Positions 1 to 14,700 of a DNA stretch of 64,000 bases are shown here, piece by piece. Numbering within the stretch: position 1 is the first letter of the stretch; every line of letters starts with the position of its first letter. Made by a program: the position numbers and the translations under genes. The notes beneath the pieces are model-generated. The model searched no databases and was not told where the DNA came from. It saw nothing but the letters and a program-made list of their open reading frames with translations. This stretch comes from the human T2T-CHM13v2.0 reference genome, Homo sapiens. The stretch lies in NCBI RefSeq assembly GCF_009914755.1, contig NC_060947.1. One strand, 5' to 3'.

Positions 1-1015
1 CTCCTGCTGTGTCTCCTCCAAGGTTGGTTTTGGGTCCTGCCTTCACTTCTGTGAACCTATCACTGTGCTCTGCTTGTTCTAAACGATTACAGTTAACTGT
101 AGCCATACTTATTTATAGAAGATGCTGTATGGTACTAATACTGATAGTTTAAATATATTAAATCTCTTCATTTCCAGATCTACTTTTTTTTTTCCCAACA
201 AGTTTTCCTTACCAAAAATCACAAAAAAGCTGGTTTTCATCAAATCATGCACTGATTTGCATCTATTCTAAATGCTTATTCCCCTGCCTCCCCCCGTCAC
301 CACCGAAAAAGGTTTAGATTCCTTCCCTAGCTTAAAAGTTTAGATTGGAAACTCAGTATAAAAAGTTTTCTGCAGTGTGGAAGAGTAGAATTTAGTATAA
401 AATGGATACATTTAGATTCGTTATGAAAAGAGATTTAGAAATGCCTAAGTATCCCAAAGAGCTCATTGTCCAATGCAGACAAAAAACACAGCTCTTTGCT
501 TATAAAACCTTAATAGTGGTTTCCCTTGCAGGCCCTTTCACAAATGTTTTATCCACTTGAATATGCTGTTTTAAGATAATTTTCTGAAAATAATTGCTGT
601 GATAGCTCATAAAAGCCACAGTGCTATTTGATGTATTAATTGAATCTTTTTATGCTTTAAGAAGCTGCATATGTATTTCTTCAATTACTTGTTACAGCTC
701 ATGTTCTAATTTCTAGATCACAAAAGGCTTACTATAAGTATCCTAACCAAATGTTTTACTGTTTGTTTTGCTCCAAAGACCACACAAGTAAAAGAAATTG
801 ATGCAATCTTCTAAAATATAGTAGCAATAGTTTATGTAACCCCTACATCATGCATAGTAATTCTTTGATTGCTTCAAGTTAGTGGGCTATAGAGTGACTA
901 GGCTTCTGAAAATGACTTTAAGGGTACCTGACTAGATTGCTCAATTCTCACATTCAAATTTGCTTCTGTCTGTTGTTCAGATAATGCCGTGTCTTTTGGG
1001 TTCACCTGCCACTAA

Positions 1016-1326
<311 letters not shown>

Positions 1327-1622
1327 TACTGTTTGTTTAATCTTGCCTAAAAATGGCAGTGAGATATTTTATTATATACTCTTAAAACACTGTAGAAAGT
1401 CTTAGCTGCCATAATCAAGAAAAGTTAAGTGTGGGGGATGGGGGGCAGGAAAGCTGATTAATACACAGAATTAAGAAAAATTACACGTCAACTTTAACGT
1501 AACAAAACACTTGTATATAGCTATATTTTAAAGTTAGTTAGATAAAGACCTAATTTTTACGTGTCTGTTGGCTGGGGTTCCATATTGTATTTCTTACATA
1601 AACCACACCCATGATGACCTGC

Positions 1623-1831
1623 AGCAGAGGTTGGCAAACCTTTTCTGTCAAGGGCCAGATAATATTTTAGACTTTGTGGACCTGTGATAGAGTCTCTGTT
1701 GCAAGTAGTCAACTGTGCTGTTGAAACACAAAGGCAACCATAGGCAATATGTAAACAAATGGGCATGGCTATCGCTCCACTAAAACTTTTATTCACAGAA
1801 ACAGGCAACAGGCCCTAGTTTGCTGAACCCT
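1623..1831. mobile_element. MER58-like hAT-Charlie MITE
   Basis: Ends cagaggttggcaaac ... gtttgctgaaccct, with internal 'aagggccagata' and 'aaaactttattcaca'. Confidence 0.75.
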
Positions 1832-2752
1832 CATCTATAATTTTGATTGCTTTAGAATGGAGCAAGAAAGATATTAAGAACACTTATAATGCAATTTGAG
1901 TACAGAATCCTTTTAGACTTTTTTCAGTTGTTTTCACCCATATCTAATTCACAATCCCTATTTTTTGAGTGATTTGCCTTTGGCTTTCATAGAAAGAGCG
2001 GCTTTCTCCTTCATGTCAGTTTATGAAACATTAAATTGCAGAAATACAATAACTGGCATAAACAGGTTTGGGGACAGAATCAACTCTTGGTAAGCAGACA
2101 ATTCAACCGATGGGAGCAATATTCATGGGCCTACCAGAATGCAGCCTACTAGTCAAAAGTATGCAGCAGCTGTGGACATCAGTCAGTATATTTTCCACAG
2201 AAAATGAAGACCATCTCTAATCTGGTGAGTTGGGTAAATGAAAGTTTAAGAGAGCTTCTGCTGTAGTATACTTCTGTAAAAAAATCCAAAAAACTAAAAC
2301 TATGATTATAGTTGAATGTTTTCACATAACATAACATGAAAAATAACATATATAGAGTTTATTTTAAAACTGAGAAATCTGATACTCTGATTTGGGATCC
2401 CTTTTTACAGATATTTTAGATGTCTATCACATAATATGAACTCTACTAAGTTTTAGAATTAAAACCCATCAATTTATAAAATATTCACAGTAAATGACAA
2501 AAAGAGGATAAATGCAAAGTAACAACATAGAACAGTCTAAATGATAAGAACTTGATGAAACTGCCGAAGTAAAACTATTTTTTCATCCCCAAATCTGATC
2601 CATGACCATGGGACAGGGGGATCTCTTTCCCAGGATTGTAATCTTACGGATAAAAACTGTCTCTTAAATCTACAAAACCAAAGTTATTGCTATTTAAGCA
2701 GCTTAAAATACCACACTATTACTTATGGTTTACCAAATAATCAAGTCTATAC

Positions 2753-2846
2753 CTCTAGATTGAAGGAGGTCAACTTCTTTCAGTGTACAGTCAACATTTA
2801 TCTGGAGTTGTCTGTTCATGCTTCTCAATCTTGTCATTTCCTCAGG
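2753..2846 (-). CDS. TAB3: TAB3 coding exon, 94 nt ([32 protein letters not shown]), end of coiled coil / TAK1-binding region
   Basis: Manual translation of the minus strand. Acceptor TTTCTTACTAG|CCT, donor AGAG|GTATAG. Enters in phase 0, matching the upstream 161-nt exon. Missed by the ORF track. Confidence 0.96.
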
Positions 2847-3264
2847 CTAGTAAGAAAGGACCCAAAATAGCAATTGTGGGAAAGTCATTATCAAGCCCAA
2901 CATTTAAGAACTGCGTTTCATGTTAATTGTAATGATTGGGTATTACCAAGAATACGGCCTTAGTCCATAAGAGGGCATGTTTAAGAAGTCCTATGTATAT
3001 GTTTTTAAAGGAATAGTCGGGTAAAATGGGGACATCAAAATGGCCACATATAAACAAAATCTGCATATAAAGTGGCGAGCTGCAGTAGTGGACTGTGTTC
3101 TACCATACAAGATACTACCGTTTTAATCATAGAGCACTGAGAATATTTTGTGTCTATGTTTTCATGGTAAGGGAAACTGTAAGAATCAACCTGTTAAACG
3201 AGTCATGTCCATGATCTTAGTCTTGTCCAGCCTGGTAAAAATTACAACAGTACGGTGTTTACCA

Positions 3265-3410
3265 GAATTCTCTCATTCCTTCTTCTTAACAATCCTTTAA
3301 GGTAGGTACTAATATTGTGCCCAGTTTATAGATGAGGAAACTGAGGCACAGAGAGGTTATATAATTTTCTTAAAGTTATAAAGCTAGTAATTGGTAGAGC
3401 CAGGATTTAT
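3265..3410. mobile_element. MIR
   Basis: Core 'ttatagatgaggaaactgaggcacagagaggtt'. Similar MIR cores at ~5.8, 6.2, 13.0, 18.9, 21.8, 39.6 and 40.6 kb. Confidence 0.8.
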
Positions 3411-4443
3411 ATAAAAGACTCCTATATAAATTCATATATAAATATTTTTGTCATATTTTTTCTAGATTGAAGGAGGCAGTTACTCTAGCACATGAAAACT
3501 TCAGAAACAAATGAATTCCATTTGTTCCCCAACTTTGTTTTCTTCTGCCTCTACCTCTTCAGGCCAGCCCACTCCTTAGGCCTTTCAGGGGCACATATGA
3601 GGCACTGAAATGTGAAGAGAGTCCTAATCTTCTATTCAGTAAAGCTTTTTGGAAGCCTTTACTTCCCATGTCATCCTTAATTTCTTTATTTTTATATATA
3701 TGTATATATATAAATATACATATATATGTATAGTAAAAAAGTCAAAGTTTAGAATCTAGAGGCTGAAATACTGAAGCTTTCAGCACGGCCCAGGTATTAA
3801 ATACTAGGGTGATTTTAACTATAACATATAAAGTGAAAAATTAAATATCTGCTACTATAGGAAGACAGAACAAAATCCTATTCTGTTAAAAACATGTACT
3901 TTGCTAAACGCTAAATATGTTAATATGCCAGTGAAAGAAAAATGAGCAGAAAGGATATCTTAATTCATATGGTGTTAGGAGCTATTATCAGAGTAACTGA
4001 GAATGCCCATTAAATAAGCAGGTATCAAAGTTTAAAATAAGTGATAAAAGGCAGAATAGCTACAATTCCACAGAATGCTAGAGGAACAAAAAAAGTCGTT
4101 TAGAAATATTTATTATGGACTGCCTTTTCTAATTCCTATGGGCTAAAACTATGTGACATTAATGTGTAAAATGCTTTGCGCCTTGCCTATCAAGCAATAT
4201 TCAAATAGTTTAAAATATATACTTGAACATTTAAATTAAAGATAATGTAAGGGCTCCAAACAGTGATGCTATCTTCCTAGGAACACATGGAAGAACCTGT
4301 CGGGAAAGTCAAGCACCTGAAAAGGATTATCTATTCCATAGGTTTTAGGGAGTTGGGGGCAAGAGAGATGTTTCAGCCACAGTGGCCCAAAACAGTGAAG
4401 CAGCCACCACACAGTTGCTCGTAACGAAAACATACTTTCATCA

Positions 4444-4888
<445 letters not shown>

Positions 4889-6632
4889 TCAAAAGTAGTT
4901 TTCGTGCAGGAGGAATTTCAAAATTGGGTATGTATAATTCAAAGTTGTCTGTAAGATAACAGGATGTTTGTAGCCAACATTTCAAAATAAAAAATGGTAA
5001 GCTTTTTTTCCAAAGCTGGCATAGACCAGCGTCAAAGACCACTGATGTTCTTTGGTGGCTGGGACTCAGTTATGCCTCTGGGACTCAAAGCTGTGGGATA
5101 GTCCAAAAATGTAATTAGAACAGGAAGAATGGGGGGGAATAACTTGAGGGAGGGGGTAATTGGCAGCTTTCTGCATATTAAAATCTTATCCTTCAAGGTA
5201 AAACTTAAATTTCCCCCTCCTCCTTGAAACTGTTCCATCTATAAACTCTATAGGTAAAAAGCTAACATTTCTATCTCAAAACTCTGAAAGTACTTATATT
5301 GTTACCATTTAGCTGGTCAACACTTCTGATTTACTGCCTTATATTTTCTCTCTCACACAAATACATATAGACTCACAGATATACCTATCTCATTTCACAT
5401 ACAGATCTAAGAGATGACATCTTTGTCAGCATTTAATATAATGCTTTGCAAATAACAGATTAAGGGAAATGACACCATCATGCATCTTATATCTTGCACT
5501 TCTGCTCTCCTTAGAAAAAGATTATTTCACTGTTATTCTAAGTTTCTACAACCTCCCTCCCCCACATAGCTGGTCACAAATGTGCACTGCAGTATCATTA
5601 GGCAAGCAACTTTCTAATCAATTTTGTATATACTGCCTGATAAGCAGTTTGTTTGAAAACTTGAAGGTAGCAATGTGTGCTTTAGTAGCAAAAATGTCAA
5701 TTCTCCACTGGGTATTCCTATACACAAGTGGGACAATGATAAGGCTAGCCATCTACTGTTCACATACTTCATGCCAGGCTTATTACATACACTGTCTCTT
5801 TATCTTGACAATTATTATAATGTACTTGCTATAATTCTCTTTTACAGCTAGGGAAAATCAGATGCAGAGAAATCAGATATAGCCAGTGAGCGCCTGAGCA
5901 ATTCTGACTCCCAAGCCTATGTGGGCTCTCTTTCCACTATATCATGGTTCCTCAAATGAGCCTTGATGAGCAAAATGGGAAATCTGACTAAATGATTTAT
6001 TTCTTGATTAATTTCCTACATAAGTATAATCTTATATATGTTCAAGTTCAAAGGAAGTCAAAGTATAAAATGCTTCAGATTTATGTGTCTAAACCTCAAG
6101 CAAAGTTGTCTAGTATTTTGCAACCAACACATATTTTATAAGAACACTTACTATTTGTTGGGCATTGTGTAAACTGCTTCACATATATTACCTCATATAA
6201 TCCTAAGAAAAATCCCGTAAGATGAGTACTATACCACACATTTTATAGATAAGAAAACAAGCATAGAGAAAGTTACTTATCCAAGGATACATGAGTGACA
6301 AATAGAAGTAGGATTCAAACTGGCACCTGACTTGAGAGCCTACTCACGGTCTCAACCACCACGTACTGTCCCTCTGCTGTGTACTACAATTGTCCTCCAT
6401 TTTACACTAGGCTTGGCAATGGAAACACATGGGAAACACTTAAATGTCTTATCTCTCAGATGTTAGCACCCACATGAACTACCAATTTCTCAATCTGGGG
6501 GATGGCTACATGGGGGTTCATTATACTATTTTATGTATCTTTGAAATTATAATAAAAGTTAAAACTAAATTACAGCCCAGGGCAGCAGTTTCACCAACTT
6601 CTCTTTTTCCTTTCTCAAGAAGATAGATCGGG

Positions 6633-6999
<367 letters not shown>

Positions 7000-8977
7000 T
7001 TAGTACTAACCTATGCTACATTAGACAGTTCTCCACTTCCAATGAAAAACAAAAAAAACCAATATTTTATTTAGCAGGGATTATCACACAGCAAGTAGTT
7101 GCTAAATAAAATGTATATGATTAAAGAAAATTACTATGCTAAGAAAATTTGTTTATGCTCTACAGGTACCTAAAGGTTTCCAAAGTACCCAACTACTACG
7201 GGTGGATTCCCATATGGGTTATGTCCTTCAATATCTTCCGCAATCAGAGGATTCAATTAAGATTTCAAATGGAGAAAATGAGGCAGAAATTTGATTTATA
7301 TTAACATCACCTTTCCATTAAAGATAACTTTGTTATTTTCCAGTGCTTTAAGTAGTTAAAATCTTCCTCCTCACTTCTAATATTGACTATACACGATATT
7401 ACAAAAAAGTCACTAAATTAGTGAATATGCCAATTTCTCAAGACTCTCTCTCTCAAAAACTCCCACTTGTTCCCTGTTACCAGGAGAATAAAGTTCAAGC
7501 ACCTTGACCTAGCATTCAAGGTCAAAGCCCCAGTTAACCTCTGTTAACTCTTCAGAAATCTCATGCTTATGCCAGGGAACTGTAGTTACTGTCTCCTAAA
7601 AGTCACTCTCCATCTTGACTTCAAGCCTTCATTACCTTATTGTTCTTTTCTCTTCTAAAATGCCTTCCCCTTTTCTCTCTGCCTATTGTTTAAGGCAATG
7701 GTTCCTCACTCCTTTTTTCCTCCAATGTAATAATCTTATGAAAATCTGATGAAAGCTATAGACCCACTTCCCATATTAAACACACTTATGAAACTCTGCA
7801 TATAATTTCAGAGAATTCACAGATCCCCTTTGAAGCCAAGAACCTCAAGTAGAAACTTCTCTATGAGGGAGTGGCTGCAGACATGCTGACTGCAAGAGGC
7901 CTGACATATGCCCACTTCTCTAAACCTGTAAACTCAGAGATTGCCCTTAGCTTAGAGAGGGTAGGAAAATGAGGAAAGGCTTCATGGAAAAAGTAGAGGT
8001 TAAGTTGAGCCTTGAAGAACAGAACAGACAAGATTTACACGTGCAGAGCTTTTTAGAAGGGCATTCCAGCAGGAGGATTAATGTAAGAGCAGAGAAGTGC
8101 AATGAATCTGCACAGAAACGAGTTGATGTATAAATTCTCTCATTACCCGTGAACATATACAGCACTTACCACACTGTATTATAATTATCTGTTGATGTAT
8201 CTATTTTTCCCACTGGTAGGTATGTACTAAGCATCTAGCATAGTACCACATTGCATAAACTATACGCACAAAACTGCTAAATGTTGAAAGGTGAAATGAT
8301 AGGTTGGATCATCGCTTGTGAAGTCACAAGATTTTAAACATGCTTCAAAATTCTCAGTTGTTTGGGATCGTTAGAACTCATATATATTAACCAACATGTT
8401 AAAACTATATTATCTGAATCTTTTCATTAGAGCAGTTCCCTTTAAGACTGCTATCAATCAATACTGTTATCTCAGTTTCTACAATTATTTATACTTAACA
8501 AAACTGCTCTGCCTTAAAATATTCTACAGTTAACACTTCTCCAAAATTCATATTGATCTAACTCATCTGAATTAATGTACTTACAAAAATAATTAATTTT
8601 AAATGTTTAAAAAATATATATATCATATGCTTAGAAGAATAAATGAATACACAAAGAATAATTCATCAAATTTTTGGTCAGGGTGCACTTTTCATTTCTA
8701 TTTTGACAGCAATTTACAAATAAATGAGATGCTATACCTTGATTATAATCGTCAGTGTTTGAAAATACTGATGAGCCTATGGAATCTGCATACATGAATT
8801 ATTTTGATGAGAACTACTAAAGGCAAAAGTCCTTCATCTGTTGTTTTTAAAAAAAGCAACAATAACAACAACAACAAAAAACCGGAACTCTGCCAGGAAT
8901 AAAGCCTAAAGAAAAATAAATGACCTGACAGCCAATATCCCGACCCTCCTATTAACACATCCTAACAGATCACTTAC

Positions 8978-9138
8978 CGTAGGGATCGCAGTGGTGCAGC
9001 TGACTCTTCTGAGCCGTCTCTGCATCAGGTCATGCTCCATACCATTAACTTCAGACTTCAACCGCTCTAGCTCCTCTTTCTCAAGTTTCAGTTGCTTTGC
9101 TAACCTCTCCATCCTTGCTCGTTGATGTAACAGCAAGG
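8978..9138 (-). CDS. TAB3: TAB3 coding exon, 161 nt ((A)LLLHQRARMERLAKQLKLEKEELERLKSEVNGMEHDLMQRRLRRVSCTTAIPT), coiled coil
   Basis: Core of ORF 8906..9184. Acceptor TGTAG|CC, donor ACG|GTAAGT. Phase 1 in, phase 0 out. Heptad-like L/E/K/R pattern typical of TAB2/TAB3. Confidence 0.97.
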
Positions 9139-9859
9139 CTACAGCATTATAGATAATGTCATTGCAGAGAACAACATTGAACAAGCGACTGGAAAATTTC
9201 GATATGCACTGCTAATGTATAAAAGACTCATTCAACTTGGGGGTTGGCATTTACTCTCATGTCTTTCTAATGCTATGCTGCCTCCACATCTGCTTCAATT
9301 TAGCCCTCTGAATGCAACCAAAGTGACATCACCTGAACATCCCTCTTGTTCTATTGTCCTAAGATTCTCTTTATACTTATGTGTGTTTTGAACAGGCTGA
9401 CTACCAGGCATACTGAATAATTACTTCCCTTCTTATATACTGAAAGAAAACTAAATTCTCCGGTTATCTTGAAACAATCTGAATAGACTTTTTAAAAACT
9501 CTGTATCTAATTTAGGTCTACTATTAGCTAATCCAATAATCTACTATTAGCTAATCCAGTAATTCCACTTTTATATATTATTACTTTTTAGCTAATCCAA
9601 TAATTCCACTTCTTATATATTATTTATATGTAAATATCATTATGCCCTCTGGGCCATCCTCTTTAGAAAAGATTCAAATTCTTTCGTTTGATGAACTTTA
9701 GTCCATTCTCCATGAATCTCTTTTTTCCTACTCTGTAGTTTGTACTTTTGACAATTTCCATGTCACTTGTATTTTTCGCTCTATGAATATTCTTTCTAAA
9801 CTAAGCCTTATTAGGCCTACATTTTCATGTTTTAAAACAAAGTCTATACATGACTCTGA

Positions 9860-10228
<369 letters not shown>

Positions 10229-10315
10229 TAATTAAAACTAAACAGCTAATATATTTGAATGGGAGACTGCTGCCTCACCACAGAAATTAAATTTCATAAA
10301 AGGGTTAAAATTTAC

Positions 10316-11762
10316 CTTGTGTGTAGGCATAGTCATCTGATCCAGAACTAGAACTTCTCTGATATTTATGGCTTCCCTTTTCTCCCCCAGAGCCTGGTAT
10401 CACTGAAATGGGCTGAATAGGTTCTGGTGCTGCAGAGCGCTCTTCTTGGTCCACTAAATTTAAAAGATTTTCAGTCGTTGCTCGGCCTACGGTAATTTTA
10501 AAAACTGTAGTTGGGTTTGGTATCACTCGAGGAGATGGTGATGGAGTACAAGAAGGTCCAGTTGGCTGTGTATATGTAATATACACAGGATTAACACTAA
10601 ATGGAGGTTTTGGTTGACTAGATATCCCTCTTGAAGGAGAACTTGAAGGTGGCGTGGTGGCTGTGTACAGTGAGTGTTGATTCCGTGGAGATGGTTGATT
10701 ACTGATGGGTGAAGGACTCCTATTAATTGCTGTCCCAGGTCTTTGAGAAGGTTCAACTGTAATTTCTATCTTCTTCATGGAACCTTTGGATAAACTAGAT
10801 GCTGTGTATGGAAGATAGGCTACTGAATGGCTTCCCTGTTTCTGATAGCTAGGAGGTCCTTGTTGATATGGATGGGGTGGAGTAGTTGAAGGACTAGGTG
10901 GCATAAAGATGTGGCCCAACTGGGAAGGTTGCACTTGATGCTGTGGAGAGCTGAAGGGTGAAGGACATTGAGAAGGAGGTGGTGAATGGTAAGCAGACTG
11001 AGGGATCTGCTGCTGTTTGGGAGAATACTGAGAAGGCTGATAGTTCTGTTGGTGTGGATAAACAGGTAAAGGACGCTGGCTATAGTGAGGCACTGGGCCC
11101 TGTGGTGAGGACTGCCACGGCGTACTCTGAGGAGTTTGTCTTCCTGATGAACTCTGAGATGTCTGTCTAATATAAATAGAACCAGGAGACCCATAGAGAT
11201 TGCTTGGAATTTGTGGAAGAATTTGTAAAGCTCTTGGTACAGTCTGTCCAGAAGGGAGGTTCTGGGATACTGTAACAGTAATTGGATTTGTACTATACCG
11301 AGGTATGTGCATGTATGAAGGAGGTGGCGGTGGTGGTGAAGGCCCTTGCATAGCAGACGGATTCATTCCTGTTTGCATGGAAGATGGCTGTTGAGGTGGT
11401 TGTGAAGGAGGAGTAGCTGCACTTCTGTTCTGTTCGTTCATAAAAAATGGATTGTAGTTGGGAGTAGCAGCAACAACAGCTGGAGCTGAGTGTGGTTCTT
11501 GAACTAAACATATCAGCTGTTTACCTGCTGCATGCTGAGGATCAATATGTCCATCACTTGAGCTATGTACCAGTGTTCGACCACCATTAAGTTGGGCTCC
11601 ATCTCCTGGGTGATAGCTACTAGGAGAATGGATACCCAGGTTAATATGTAAAAGGCGATTTCTATTCATCCTATTGTCATCTGGACTATGGTATTCCATA
11701 TATAAGTATTTGCTACTCTCCTGGGAAAGGGCTCGGCAACAGGCTTCAAGATTGTTGTTATT
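10316..11762 (-). CDS. TAB3: TAB3 large internal coding exon, 1447 nt: C-terminal part of CUE domain (NNNNLEACCRALSQE) plus Pro/Ser/Gln-rich disordered region
   Basis: The 464-aa ORF 10305..11699 extends upstream in frame to acceptor TTTTTCTCCCCTAG|AAT at 11762. Donor CAAG|GTAAAT at 10316. 1447 = 3n+1, which fits the next exon. Confidence 0.98.
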
Positions 11763-14700
11763 CTAGGGGAGAAAAATGGTAAAAGTAACATTGGCAACAT
11801 TAACAAATTCTAATAGTGGAAGTCAGGCTTTGCCAGAGAGTTATGCAAATACTACTGTCACAGAATAAATAGAGAGCAGTATTTTAACCACAAAAAACTT
11901 CATGGTCATCTATCCTGAAAAGGAGACCCAAACGATTCATATTATTTTACAAACATTTAGCTCACATTACTAGTACTACCACTACTGCTACTGCTACAGA
12001 AATGTAAAGTACCTACTAATGAACACTGTGACTCAACCCCAAGTTTTCTGACTCCAAATCCAGGACTCATTTTATACTTGTTGCATCTCAACAAATTAAA
12101 ATGTTGGGCTTATCTCGGATTCACCACAATTGCTGCAATATAAGTATAAGTAATATCCATTATTAATATTTAAATTGATAAAAAACATAAAAATAACCAT
12201 GCTTTAGTTTTTAAAAGGCACTAAAACCACAAAAGGAGAAAAAGAATTACAATAAAATTCCTCAAGAGTTAAAACAATAAAAATTCTAAAGCAGCCCTCA
12301 TTTTTCTTTTACCTAAATTTATCCTTGAATAACTTCAACTGTCTGAACCATTACGTAAGATTTAAGCAAAACGAATCAGTATAAAAAAAGTCCATAACTT
12401 GAACTACGGCTCCATGACTTTGCCCGAGTTAGGGTAATTTAATTAAAAACCTGGTGTCGACTGCCTTAATTAAATTCATTCATACTCTCACAGTCTCAAA
12501 AGTTTTTACCCGCTGAAAGGTGTCTTGGTATACTTTCAAAATCACTGAAAGATTTGAATTGTTTAATTCTACACTCACAAAGGAGGTAATAGCAAACTGA
12601 CACTTTTGAAGTTCCAACTGACAGTAATCAGACTAATAAAAGGTTCCCTCTTTGTAAAATGTTAATTTATCATAAAGCAGTTCTCTAAGGAAATACAGAA
12701 TTCCAAACTATTTTACTAGTGTAAAGCACATATTATCCACTACTTTTGAAGTAATCCATAAAAGTTTCCCAATTATTGTGACCTTCTCTGTAGTTCATAA
12801 ATATACACACAGATATGTACATGCATAGATATTACTATATATTTATTTTAGGAAAAGTACATTTTATATAAAAATGAAAGGAAATAATTCATTTCTGCTG
12901 AGAACCAAATGAAGTTAAACCTAAAACAGGACCCATAATGTTGTAATTTTAGAGTTGGGAGAACTCCTATTAGAGTTCATCTGCTCCAATTCAACGCACA
13001 TTTACAGATGAGGAAAAAGATGCCTGGGAAGTTACATGGCTTGACAATAGGCACTTAACTAGTTAACAGAAAAGCCAATTCTAGATTCTTATTCTCCTGA
13101 GTCCCAGTGCTCTTTCCACATGATAATTTCAAGGGAAAGGATGTCTGGCCAAAAGGACATTATTAAACTGGAGCTTTAGGAAGTTTAAAAAAAAGTCCAG
13201 CAAATCTTTACAAAATGAATTCTTAGAAATTTAATGAATTGGCTGTATTAAAACTCTATAGATCATTTTAACCTTTTCTTTATATAAAGTTTTTGATACT
13301 AAAATTCAAATACTTTAAAAAATGAGATCATGCGTGTAAAACATTAACATTCTACCCAGATGATAGTGACAAATGGCAATTATAATCAATATAGAAAATT
13401 TAAAATTCAAATACTTCAAAAAATACTTTGAGTGACGGAAAGATGTATTAATTGAAGAAAACCATTACAACTCAAAGATTTGAATTATTTTTACCTTGCT
13501 TGAAAATCGTATTGAGCAAGGAAGGGAAGATATTAAAAACAAATTTGGAGCCAAAGGATTCAAACTGATTGCCAACTAGAATGTGTCACTGACAGACATC
13601 TGAAGGAAAAAAATATGGAAGGTGAAATAAAGTATTCTTTTTTTTTTTATAGACCTATGGATTAGGGGAAAACAAAAACTAGAGAGTTTCGTTTGAAACA
13701 TAAGGTAGTCATGGATACTTTAACATCTGATATTTTTATTAATAACCCTGAAATTCCATGTTCTCTACACTGAGTTAGCCTACTTAGTATTGTCACAAAA
13801 AGGACCCAAATTCAAAATGATATAAAGTTGGAATTGTCAGCATATCTATAGTGACAAGTTGAGTAAATTTTCCTATGAAGAAAAATTTAAAAAACCACAA
13901 AACCAAGATATTAAAGTATTATTTTTACAGAAGTACTGTACAAAGAAAACTACCAGAATAGATTCTAATGTCACATTTGACTGTTAAATGTCTTTAAAGA
14001 AAAATAAGGATAAAAAATGTATCAAACAGTAAACATGAGGAAGAAATCAAAATCATTTCAGAGGTAAGAATTTTTAAGACATATAATGAACACTTTTGAA
14101 AGGAATGAGGCAAAAAAGCATCATATTCCTAAAAAGTGATCCTAAATTGAGGATGATACACCCCAGAGTGAGGCTCTAAGGCTTGCACATTAAATGCAAA
14201 CTGCTGAGCTTCGTACATTTTAATGTGAATAAAGCAGTTTTCCAGAGCCAGTAGGTGGTAAATCTCCATACCAATATATTTTATTAATCCCAAAGGAAGA
14301 AAAAAGTGAAAGACTTAGGACAGTGTAATTATCAACAAATGTTCACTGAGCTGAATTTGAAGTTCTATTTCTTCAGTTTAGTTAAATGGTAATGAAAAAT
14401 GCAGGTAATAAAGGGCTAAGTGAAATAAAACAAGGTCAGGGCTAGGTTGGGCCCTAAGATAGGTGAGGAAGGTGATTGCTAGGAAGTGGTTTAAACTAAA
14501 AGCTTCATCCTTATTTGGTTTCACTCCGGTGGGAAGTGTCTTTGCTCTACCAGAAACCAAAATGGGGCCAAAGTAAAGAGCTGAGATTCAGGCTAGGAAT
14601 GTGTGTGAGAAAAAGCAAAGGCAAGCTGTAACACAAAAACCATAAGCCCAAAGCTCTAGACTAGTAAAGGGCTTGCAAACAAAGGAAGCACCTCTGTTAC

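Noticed and set aside
10523-11511. Alternate-frame and antisense ORFs inside the large TAB3 exon (e.g. 124 aa at 10820..11194)
   Set aside because: Shadow frames of Pro/Ser-rich coding sequence with no independent start or splice support. An antisense lncRNA here could not be established from sequence alone.
10305-11699. 464-aa ORF treated as a complete single-exon gene
   Set aside because: Its Met is internal (residue 56) and its terminal GKF-stop is intronic read-through past the donor at 10316.
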